This document shows, in pieces, positions 43,067 through 53,065 of a stretch of DNA of 64,000 nucleotides. The translations under genes and the position numbers were made by a program. How positions within the stretch are numbered: position 1 is the stretch's first letter; every line of letters begins with the position of its first letter. Source of the stretch: an uncultured Nitrososphaerales archaeon (GTDB lineage: Archaea > Thermoproteota > Nitrososphaeria > Nitrososphaerales > Nitrososphaeraceae); assembly GCA_963695855.1 (NCBI GenBank), contig CAVOHZ010000010.1, positions 1,568,001 through 1,632,000 on the forward strand. The letters are read 5' to 3'. The notes below the pieces were generated by a model, which was not told the DNA's origin, did not search any database, and was given only the letters and a program-made list of their open reading frames with translations.

Positions 43067-43150
43067 GCGGGGGTCGCCTAGCCTGGTAGGGCGTGGGATT
43101 GCTAATCCCATGTTCGTAAGAACACGTGGGTTCGAATCCCACTCCCCGCG
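43067..43150 (+). tRNA. tRNA-Ser(GCU)
   Basis: Acceptor GCGGGGG/TCCCCGC plus G73; anticodon arm TGGGA-TTGCTAA-TCCCA; long variable arm; GTGGG-TTCGAAT-CCCAC. Confidence 0.95.
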
Positions 43151-44251
43151 TGTTACAACGGGGTTTGTACATAAACTCCTTTATCCTTGTCATAATATAG
43201 AATTTCTTTAGTTTCCTCAATCGTCAAAAAAGTATGTCGGGACCTGAGAAATCTTGTACCTTCCTCTATTAGTTCCTGTCTTTTTTTCTTCCATCAGTAA
43301 AATCAGTCATTTGTGTACCAAAGACATCTTAAAATGATTTTTTTTTTGTATATTCAGGATCTGGTGCTGTTGCAGACATTTTGAGTTAAACTCCTTGCAT
43401 GTGTGTAGGTTTTTCGTATAGTTTTTGGTCCGCACATTCAGTTAAAAATGAGCAAACCCAGCAGTTACATTTATTGGACATTTCCAACTTATTGGTTAAA
43501 GGTAACCCCGTTTACGGATAGTTTCTTCTCTGAGTATGTTACTTATTTCGTCTCCTACTATGTATCTTATCTCTGTTCTTAATCGGGACAGAGACTGTTG
43601 AACAACATTTATTTTGTCTTCGATTAGTGCTAAGGATAATCTTTTATTGTTCTTATGCGTATTATTTATTGGCTCTACTACGACTGTGCTCGTGCTGGTG
43701 TCCTTTTGGGTGGGGACACCTTTTTTGCCTTCAAGTTTTTATGTCCTCCCCTTTAATCGCTACAAGCGGACTCCCGAGCAAAGAACCCGATGCAAGAAGG
43801 GAAGAGTTGGAAGCATTAATTTCCTTATTTTGTGTGCGGCATTTACACACCCAAATTATTTCATGATCAAGGTATCTATGTTGCCAGATTCTAGGACACT
43901 CTTCGTGAGGTCCATAGCATTCAAACATCTTAAGGTACCAGTGATTGATTCATTTCGAGTTTTGCCCTCCTGGCAAATGTAGTTTCTTTATAAAAATCGT
44001 CCCGTCATTATTTTGAATAGTCACATATGTGGCGTCTTCCAGGTGGCATTCTCTGGCTATCTTCATAGGAATAGACAAAACAACCGATCAGTTCTTGTTA
44101 CCTCTCCAAGTTTTAGATATCTGAATCTCAGACATTGTCCAAAATAAAGATTATTTACTAGGAGAGAACTATGAAGTGTACCTATTAGAGACAGGGATAA
44201 AGAAAGAAAACAACAAGGAACAACATGAATGTCAGGACATAAAAAAAAGCC

Positions 44252-44581
44252 TTGCCAAGACCATGCCCGCAGTGTGATCTAGAAAATGGCGGTATGCAGT
44301 GGGTTATTTTCAACCCTAGATACAACAATAGTTATGAATACAATAAAAGACCGTATTCCATTCTTAGAATCAGCCATTACACTAAAGGACAGTATAGTTT
44401 ATCTTCAAAGAACAATAAAAAAAATAGGAGCAAGATATGGCATAACTTTACAATACATTTGCGTGCAATAGTAGTACAAACAGAAACAGGAGAGTCAAAA
44501 CGTATTTGGCTGGAAGATATTTCTAATGATCATAATTATTATTTTGGAGAAAGTATAATACTACAGTTAGGTATAAAATGA
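44252..44581 (+). CDS. Hypothetical Zn-finger-like protein, possibly from an integrated element
   Basis: RPCPQC...RISHY...WHNF; downstream of a tRNA. Confidence 0.45.
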   Translation: MPRPCPQCDLENGGMQWVIFNPRYNNSYEYNKRPYSILRISHYTKGQYSLSSKNNKKNRSKIWHNFTIHLRAIVVQTETGESKRIWLEDISNDHNYYFGESIILQLGIK

Positions 44582-44611
44582 CACTCATACATAAAAAAAT
44601 ACAGGTTGGCC

Positions 44612-45328
44612 GGCTTGTTAAGACTATTTTACCTCCTATTTTGAATAGAATTTTGTTTCTGATTTTTGCATTATATAGATAAACGAATAATCTTATCCAA
44701 TTGTATACATGTTGTAGATGACAATTTTGTATAATATTATTACAAGGATAGTAATCATCAAAACTTTCCGTCCTATCCTTGAAATACTGCATCACTCTTT
44801 CTATCAGACTTTTCTCAAATGGTAAATGCGATACGTGTTTTAGATTTAAAAAGTTGCATGCTTGTGGATACCACGTACCACCATCATCTGTGTATACTGT
44901 ATGTTTTTCATACGTTGATACAAGGGATCTGATAAAATTTTCTGCTACAAGCATGTTTCTCTCTTCTGAAATATAGATTCCAGGTATAGATTTATGAACA
45001 GGTTCAATACAAATCCATAACCAAAAGTGTTGATTACCAATCTGAATCATTGTCTCATCGATTATGAATGCGGAAATTCTTCTATGCTTGTTATAGATCT
45101 ACAATGAACCAAATAGTTGAATCCATTTCCAAACAGTAACATAACTTCTTTTTTGGTCCTTAAAAGGTTCCAATGCTTTGGATGTATTTCGTAGACTCAG
45201 ACCAAGAAAGTACAAATAAAGAGAATACATTACTATACATGTGGATGTTTCTGACAAATCTTAACAACATCTATATTGTTAGAATAGAGCGTTCACAGCT
45301 ATAGCTCTTTCCTTAAGTTAACAGCACC
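44612..45328 (-). mobile_element. IS6-family element, copy B2 (inverted near-identical copy of 38259-38981, one TIR eroded)
   Basis: Reverse-complement identity; end cttaagttaacagcacc at 45328. Confidence 0.9.
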
Positions 45329-45647
45329 TAGAACGCCCAAGTATACCTAATGGATTTGAAGATCCTTCCCAGTGGTTATCTTGGAAGTTTATACAATAAT
45401 AATATAATAAAAATAAGGAATGCATAGAATATTCAACAAAAACCAGATTGTCATTTCACGAGTATATAATAAATAAAAAGAAAACAAATAAACCAAAACA
45501 GAAGTACATGGTACTTTAAGAGAAAGTAGATTCGATAAGAGAGACTTAGACAAAATTATATTTTAACAATATTTTCAGAAGACTTTCACCAGAAGATCTC
45601 GAAAATGCAAACATAATATCTGATTATATCATTTGATCTAAATCAAC

Positions 45648-46594
45648 TTAATTAATTATATCATTATACCTATCTCTTATTACTACTGCAGATATTCCTG
45701 CAGATTTTGCTATTTCTACCTGAGTTTTATCTTCATTTTCTAGACCTTTACATACTGCATATATTGTTGATGCAGCAATTGCTAATGGATTCTTTCCAAC
45801 ATGGATTTCTTGTTTCATTATTTCTTTCATTAATTTTATGGCTTTATGTTTTGTTTTTTCTTCTAAACTAAGATTATTGGAATTTTCACAATACATTTTA
45901 TTGGATTTATGACTGGAATGGTTTTTAAATTAAGTTCAAAAATAAGAATCCTAGAGTATTTGAAATACTTTTAAATTTCACATTAGTTATGTCTGAAATA
46001 TCTTTCATCGTTTTTGGGGTTTCGAGTTCTTTACAGGCCAAGTATATCGAGGCGCATAATATTCCTTCTGTTGTTCTTCCGAGTAGTAATCCTAATGATA
46101 ATGCTTTTTTATAAAATAAAAAGATTTTTCTACTATAGCACTGTATAAACCCAATTTATGCTTTATATTATTTAATTCGTCAAAAGCATATTTTAAGTTC
46201 CTATCTTTTGAGTTAATGTGCCTAGTTCTATGATCCCATATCCTTAATCTATCTATTTTATTATGTATACTATCGCTAATTTTCTTCCCTGCAGCATCTA
46301 CGTTAGATCTTCCAATGATTGTACGATATTCAATATTGAAAAAGATACTGTTTCTATCATAATGTTGTAAATCTGTATTTATTGTTGTATTAGCATGATT
46401 AGTAGCAATCATCTCTTGATAGATCCTTGGATGTAAAGGGAATTTCTTTTCTTCAGATAATACTATACCACAGATATTACAAATAATTTCACCTAATTCA
46501 GGGTCTATGGTTATTTTAAAATTATTATTACAATTTGGGCATAATGAAGTATTGTTATTAATTTCATAATCTAGTATATTACTTATACAGTCCA
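45648..46594 (-). pseudogene. tfb: Frameshifted transcription factor B (TFB) paralog
   Basis: Zn ribbon CPNC...CNICGIV, RLRIWD, DRNLKYAF; other frames give GRTTEGILCASIYLACK and GKNPLAIAASTIY...TQVEIAKSAGIS. Confidence 0.85.
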
Positions 46595-46646
46595 TAGTAT
46601 AATTAGCACTAACAATATAATATTCGTTTATTACCATGATTAGATA

Positions 46647-47311
46647 GTTTGTTTTATTAACTTGATAAATTACCTCCATCAAGAAATGGAATTTTATTTG
46701 TAATTATTGTATTATATTTATAGATAAATAACTTTGCAATTCTATACATGTCCTAGATCATATTTTCTGTTTTTGTTGCTATACATGAATAGTAATCATG
46801 AAGGAGGTTCTATTTGAAATACTGCTTACTCGTTCTATCAGTGTCTTGTAAAGGAGAATGCATTCTGTGTTTTAGGTGTAAAAAGTTGCATGCTTGTGGA
46901 TACCTAGTAACACCATCAATGTAAACAATATGTTTTCCATACTTTTTAATCAAAGAATGACTAAAATTCTTTGCTACGAGCACCGATTTTTCAAGTTCAA
47001 TACAGTACAAGAAGTATATCGATATTAAGTAATATTTGATTATTCTTTTATCTACTGTAAAAACGGAAACTCTTGCCATATAGATTTGAAAAGATCTAAC
47101 TTGATTGAATTTGAGATGTAACTTCTTTTGTTTTCATCTTTAGAAGATTTCAATGTCTTTTTTTTGAGACTGACAGAGAACAAGAAAGTAAATAAATACA
47201 GAGAAGAATACATCATCATCATCAATCGTATGTTCTGTTTCTATTCTAATGATCAAGGATTGTTAGAAAGAAATAGTACATTCTAGCTCAATAAATATCG
47301 TTAAACTAACA
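46647..47311 (-). mobile_element. Degenerate IS6-family element, copy A2 (inverted copy of A1)
   Basis: ORF 46810-47079 differs from 35436-35705 at two residues. Confidence 0.82.
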
Positions 47312-47662
47312 CAATCATGAAACTGCTAGAAAAAATTTAGATCAAAAAAAATTGATATTATTATAGATAAGCATTTTTTATTCGATTTAAGAACATATTG
47401 GTTAATCAGATGTAATAGTATCTAAATCTAATAAAAACTTTATATACATTTGAAAATATTATTTATATTCCTCATAAATTTAAATCGTTTTATCGATTTG
47501 GTATTTTAAAATTTAATCTACCTTCTATTCTATCAATTTTCAGTTATTTTTTATTTGGGTTAATTCATTCTTTAATAAAATATTGTTAAAATAATCAAAT
47601 AACAATCATTCAAAATTGTTCTGTTTCCGATCAATATAAGAATAAGTGTTTTAAATATATAC

Positions 47663-48058
47663 ATGTCTATGGATAAAAAAACAAAATCTAGTAGTAAAGA
47701 TACAAAATCTACTCAATCAAAAGCAATTCAGAAAGCAACAACACCTGCAAAAAAAGCCAGTACAAAGAAAGCAACAACACCTGCAAAAAAAGCCAGTACA
47801 AAGAAAGCAACAACACCTGCAAAAAAAGCCAGTACAAAGAAAGCAACAACACCTGCAAAAAAAGCCAGTACAAAGAAAGCAACAACACCTGCAAAAAAAG
47901 CCAGTACAAAGAAAGCAACAACACCTGCAAAAAAAGCCAGTACAAAGAAAGCAACAACACCTGCAAAAAAAGCCAGTACAAAGGAAAGTGATAAAGTGAA
48001 CATATCACCTGAAAATGTTACTTCGCAACAAATCCAATCTGAAACTACTGAACCTTAA
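47663..48058 (+). CDS. Lys/Ala/Thr-rich histone-H1-like repeat protein
   Basis: Seven KATTPAKKAST units; ATG start, AT-rich upstream, T-rich downstream. Confidence 0.75.
   Translation: MSMDKKTKSSSKDTKSTQSKAIQKATTPAKKASTKKATTPAKKASTKKATTPAKKASTKKATTPAKKASTKKATTPAKKASTKKATTPAKKASTKKATTPAKKASTKESDKVNISPENVTSQQIQSETTEP
47730..47981. repeat. 36-bp perfect tandem repeat, 7 copies
   Basis: agaaagcaacaacacctgcaaaaaaagccagtacaa repeated. Confidence 0.95.
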
Positions 48059-48251
48059 GTGATTGACTGTAATTTGATCATAACTGAAAATCAATAATAT
48101 TCGCCTTATTCAACTATATTATTTTATTTTTATTTTTTGAAAAAATGATTCGGATTCATTTTTCTCGATTTTTTGAGATAAATGTTAAAATGAATTAAAT
48201 AAATTCTATGCTAATTATATATAACGTGTTACTTTGTAGCAGATATATCTT

Positions 48252-48842
48252 ATGATGAACTTACGTATACATGAATCTACAAAATTACTTTTTATGAAAT
48301 TACTCAAGATTTTTGAAGAATCAATTGATAGTGTAGTTATATTAACCAGAGCATTTAGTGCTTCAAATGTCATTCATATGGGAAAATTCTATAATGGAAT
48401 TAAATCAGAACCATACGTTAATCATCCACTTCGAGTAGCATTAATAATGGCAGGAGAATTAAATATAAAAGATAAACATGTAATTGCTGCAGCTATACTT
48501 CATGATATATTTGATAAAACATATGCAAATCAATTCCAAGACAATCTTAATGATGTAATAGGAGAGCAATCACTAAATCTTGTTTTATCAGTGAAGAAAT
48601 ATGATGTAAAAGATATGAAAATCGATCAATATCATAAATTACTTTTAAAAAGTTCAAAAATTCTCAGATATCTTATTCTCTCTGATAGACTAGATAATAT
48701 TAGAACCCTCAAACAAAGTTCTCATAGAGATAGGATTAGTCGATATAAAGAAGAAACTCAAAACTATTTTTTACCTGTTGCCAATTTAACTGATGATAGA
48801 TTGGTCTTTAAACTATCTGTTGCTCTATATGAACTCAAATAA
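48252..48842 (+). CDS. HD-domain protein, SpoT/Mesh1-like hydrolase fold
   Basis: EPYVNHPLRVA, AAILHD, SDRLDNIR, EET...FLP. Confidence 0.8.
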   Translation: MMNLRIHESTKLLFMKLLKIFEESIDSVVILTRAFSASNVIHMGKFYNGIKSEPYVNHPLRVALIMAGELNIKDKHVIAAAILHDIFDKTYANQFQDNLNDVIGEQSLNLVLSVKKYDVKDMKIDQYHKLLLKSSKILRYLILSDRLDNIRTLKQSSHRDRISRYKEETQNYFLPVANLTDDRLVFKLSVALYELK

Positions 48843-49716
48843 ATAGATAATACCTAACTAACATCAGCTAACTAATATCTATTTTTGTGTTATTTTTGGT
48901 TCTTAAATTCAGTCAAATTGAATTTGAGAATAGTTTAACGAAAAGTATTTCTTTTTTTGTCACATGCTTTTAGAATGGCAGAAGATATATCCAAAGTATT
49001 TTTGCATAAAGAGATCTGACTATTTAATTGTGTCATGAACATAGATTGTGGTTTAATAATATTAGATATTAGTGATATTCATTTGGATACGTTTACAATA
49101 TTTAGATATGAATTTACGATTATTTATTAGATCGAATACAAACCCCAACTATTTTGATTAACAAAATTTTATTTACAAATTCTTTATAAAAAATAATTAT
49201 TATGCTTGAAATGATATTTTCAATGTTTATATCTATAGAATATACAAAATTTAGTTAGCCTGTATATTTAGAGAAATAGAAATTGATGTTTCATTGTTTG
49301 ATGGTCAACTCAGAGGAAGTAAATCTGTGTGAATTTGGATTTAATAAAGATCTGATATGTCGTATTTATAAAAGAAGGAATGGAATTGTAATCACATATA
49401 TTGTTTCACAGAAAAGATGAAACACCAGAAAACATCAACATGTAAATCATAATATTAGTAATGTATCATTAGAACTTATTGTCATGTCAAACACGGTTTC
49501 ATTTTTTCAGAGTGGAATTTACTTTCAACTTAAAAATACATAGATTTCATACAATTTTTTAATAACCTATAGAATAAAGTTGTATCATTTATTTTATCTA
49601 AATTGATTAATTGAGCTTTGAATCACTGAACCTAGCACATATATTTTTAGTTAATAGTTATCAATACATGTATAATAAATGAGAACATCTAAACTATACT
49701 GACTAACATAATTCTA

Positions 49717-50895
49717 TACTGACTAACATAATTTCGCTAATCTATTATTCTCATCAGATATTTCACAATATCCAGATTAAATCTTCTAGTCCTATAATAA
49801 TATGAAATTGTATCTTTTAGAAAATCAAATGTAGAATAATATGATACTTACCCTCCTGTCTCCAACATTCTTCTACTGCATCAAATTCTGGAGATCCAAC
49901 AGGAAAATATTCTAATCTGGTAGTATCTTTATTCGCATCAAGAAACTCTTGTAATCTTTGAACAGTATGGTGTTGCTCTATCAACAAAAATTACAATTTT
50001 ACCAAATCTTTCTTTCTTTCTGTACCTGTTTTATTTAGATAATCAACAAACGTCTTGCTGTTAAATTTATCATATTGTTTGAAAAGTTGTTTACCGTCTA
50101 AAGAATAGACAGCCAAATACAATTATTCTTTTTCTGGAACCTGTTACCGTTATTTTGGGAGGTTTGTATTTAGAAATCCATTTCTTTCTTCTGATTACAT
50201 AATCATATACAAACAAATATGGATTCGTCCTGTACAAGTACAGTCCACCAGTCTGATTTTAAATTCTCAATAATATGTTTTACTCTTTTTTGAATTTCAT
50301 TTTGTCCTTTGCTGAGGCAGTATTCACTAATTTTTTCTGTGGTACTTTAGATTTGAAACCCCGTTTGTGTAATAGACGGTAAATATGTACTTCATGATTT
50401 CTTACTCCTGTCTAAAATCCCATCCCGTATTACTTACTTTCAACCAATTCCTGTTTTATTTTTATCATTACACCTTTTGGTACATCTGGAGGTCTACCAC
50501 GTCTTGGTTGGTCTTTTAATCCATCCAGTCCATCTTTATCAAATCTATGTGACCACATGTAAGCCCACCACCATCTTGATCTGTTTAATTCATGTTCTGC
50601 TACAGATGCCGCTTCTTGTTTGTGTATCTTGACACGTTTTACAAGTAGTATTCTTTCCTTTACATTACTGTCTTTTTCTTTCTTGTATGCATTATTTAGA
50701 ACAGCGTTAATCGATACGAGCAATTAGTAAAACTGACTATATATTAGGAAGCTAAATTGGTTATGATAAAAATAATTAGATAATATACTGGCTAACTTAA
50801 TTGCGTGTATTCTGTGATATTGGAAAATATCAATTTCAAGTGTAATAAACATTTTTTATCCAAAGAATTTGTAAATGAATTTTTGTTAGTCAGTA
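49717..50895 (-). mobile_element. IS630-family element, transposase frameshifted (N-terminal HTH ORF 50430-50723)
   Basis: TIRs tactgactaaca / tgttagtcagta, TA duplication in a CTAG site; GLDGLKDQPRRGRPP; fragments VQDES and FPVGSPEFDA. Confidence 0.85.
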
Positions 50896-50918
50896 TAGTA
50901 TGAATTTATGTTAGTCAG

Positions 50919-51931
50919 TGGTTTGTTGCATAACTCGTTTAACCAATCGTTCTCATTATTATATAATTGATAATTATGTAACAGTTATACTTTGAAACCA
51001 GTTATACAACGATGCTTTCAACATTATCTCTCTTATCATGTTCTCTAACCTGATAGCAGTAACATATTCACCAAACATTCTCTTCATAGAGGAAAAAACA
51101 GATTCTACCATCCATCTTTGTCCATAGCGTACACTATCTTTCCATTCTTGCAAATCATTCTTCTGCATTTTCACCATCTTGTTTCTAAGGTAATGATTGG
51201 TCTTGTTTCTGCATCTAGAATTCTTTCTTACCTTTATTGCTGGTTGTATGCCTTTAAATGATAGAAACTGAAAGATCTTGTTGCTATCATAGGAACCATC
51301 CATGATAGCAGTATCTATTACCTTATTCTGTTTTATTGCTATATAATCAACCAATTTTGGAAGTACTTTTACATCATGTACTTCTTCACTAGTAACATCT
51401 AATGATAGAATTCTCTTCTTTTTTATATCGACTGCTAAATGTATCTTTAGATATCCTCTTTTTACATTCCACTTGTGTCTAATCCATTCACCCCTCTTAG
51501 ATACCTTTATACCGGTAGAATCAATTGCAATAACAAAATTATCATCATGCAAGTTAGATTTGGTTATATCATCAGAAATCTTGATATCCAGTCTATTTAT
51601 TCTTCTGCTAATGTTACTATAATCTGGAATTGATGGCAAAGTGTTTGAAGCATGTTCTCTTACTACTCCTTCAGTTTGTCTGTAGGGTAAGTGAAAGTAT
51701 GCTCTCATGTATCCCAATAACTTGACAAATGAATCTGGATATACGAATTTCCTACCTTCCTTTTCCTTATTCATCTTCTCTAGTTCAGTATTCCAGTTAT
51801 CTATAACATCAAAATCCAGTAATACCTCACCACGTTTAACAAGAGATTCGTTGTAATTTCTCCAGTTCACATAATATGACTAGAATTGGTTAGCTAAATG
51901 TGTTGAGAAGAACAAGTTGTGCAACAAGGCA
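50919..51931 (-). mobile_element. IS5-family element
   Basis: TIRs tggtttgttgcataact / agttgtgcaacaaggca; 8-bp TSD ttagtcag (50911-18, 51932-39). Confidence 0.9.
50974..51870 (-). CDS. IS5-family DDE transposase, apparently intact
   Basis: NWRNYNESLVKRG, LPYRQTEG, AIDSTG, KIHLAVD, MDGSYD, RWMVESVFS..KRMFGE. Confidence 0.93.
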   Translation of the reverse strand: MNWRNYNESLVKRGEVLLDFDVIDNWNTELEKMNKEKEGRKFVYPDSFVKLLGYMRAYFHLPYRQTEGVVREHASNTLPSIPDYSNISRRINRLDIKISDDITKSNLHDDNFVIAIDSTGIKVSKRGEWIRHKWNVKRGYLKIHLAVDIKKKRILSLDVTSEEVHDVKVLPKLVDYIAIKQNKVIDTAIMDGSYDSNKIFQFLSFKGIQPAIKVRKNSRCRNKTNHYLRNKMVKMQKNDLQEWKDSVRYGQRWMVESVFSSMKRMFGEYVTAIRLENMIREIMLKASLYNWFQSITVT

Positions 51932-51943
51932 TTAGTCAGTATA

Positions 51944-52900
51944 GATAATGCCTACAACAAGGAAACAGAGATTGATACCAGAAGAAGATACTGTTGGTTA
52001 GATTGATAGTCAAATACAAACAACGCATAAAAGATTTAGCACAAGAACTACATGGATGTAGAGCTTGGGCATACAAATGGTACAAAAGGTAGAATAAGTG
52101 ACTGGATGGATTAAAAGATTAGCTAAGTGGTAGACTTTCGGTACCAGAAGATGTAATGATAAAGATAAGACAAGAATTATCAGATAGCAGTACTAGATGG
52201 ATTTTAGACATGTCGTGGATCTGGTATACAGAAAGATTGGAGTACAATATTATCAAGTACATAGTTACAGCTTACTACACAGATACCACTTTAGTTCAAA
52301 AGTACCGAGGAAAAGATTTGTAAATATTGTATCAGTAAAGGAAAAGAAGAGATTTAGAAAGAGTAAACGCATTAAGTATCTAGAGCATGATTAGACTAAA
52401 CTTGTAAAGGGTGAATTCATCCTTGTATAAGATTACGTAATCAGAAAAAGGAAAAAGGAATGAATTTCTGCAATTAAAAAGATCTATTCTAACGGTAACA
52501 GGTTCTCACAAAAGAACAACTTTTTTTCGTTGTCTTTCAATAGACTCGAAACAGTTATTCAAGATATATGAGAAATTTAATAGTATTACATTTGTTGACT
52601 ATCATCTAAAAAAGTACAGAAAAGATTCGGTAAATTTATTGTGTTTGTAGATAGAACAAACCCCCATAGTTCTAACATCACAAGAAAATTTCTTGGTGGA
52701 ATGAATTTACTATAAAAACTAGAATATTTTCCACTGGTATGGCCAGAATTTAAACCAATAGAGGAACGCTGGAGACAGGCAAAATACAACATACTTTCCA
52801 GTTATTATCTTACCTTTGATTTGAACTATCTAATTTGTAGTTATTATATACTATAGATTCAAACTGGATACTATGAAGTATCTATCTGTCAATGTCTATG
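51944..52900 (+). pseudogene. Degraded IS630-family transposase (5' end lies at 49679-49696, split by nested insertions); right boundary approximate
   Basis: DNAYNKE, WAYKW, KIRQELS, LLHRYHFSSKVPRK, YFPLVWPEFKPIEERW. Confidence 0.78.
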
Positions 52901-53065
52901 GACTAATGTTATTAATATGATCTTGTTTTTGAAGATTTTATTTTTCATGAAATAAAAAAAGACATGGTTTGCAATAAAAAGTAACAAATTTGAGTTTGAG
53001 GTTATTAACATAGTCAAAGAAGGTATAAAAATAATTTATTGGTAAGTTATATTATTAATTATCAA

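Noticed and set aside
47709-48008. Minus-strand hydrophobic repeat ORFs; 36-bp repeat considered as a CRISPR array
   Set aside because: Repeats are contiguous with no spacers and no cas genes nearby; the ORFs are shadows of the Lys-rich gene
48850-49670. About 800-bp ORF-free region considered as origin or ncRNA
   Set aside because: No ORB-like repeats, no adjacent cdc6, no GC-rich stems
49694-49733. 20-bp direct repeat considered as CRISPR or iteron
   Set aside because: Explained as doubled IS630 terminal repeats
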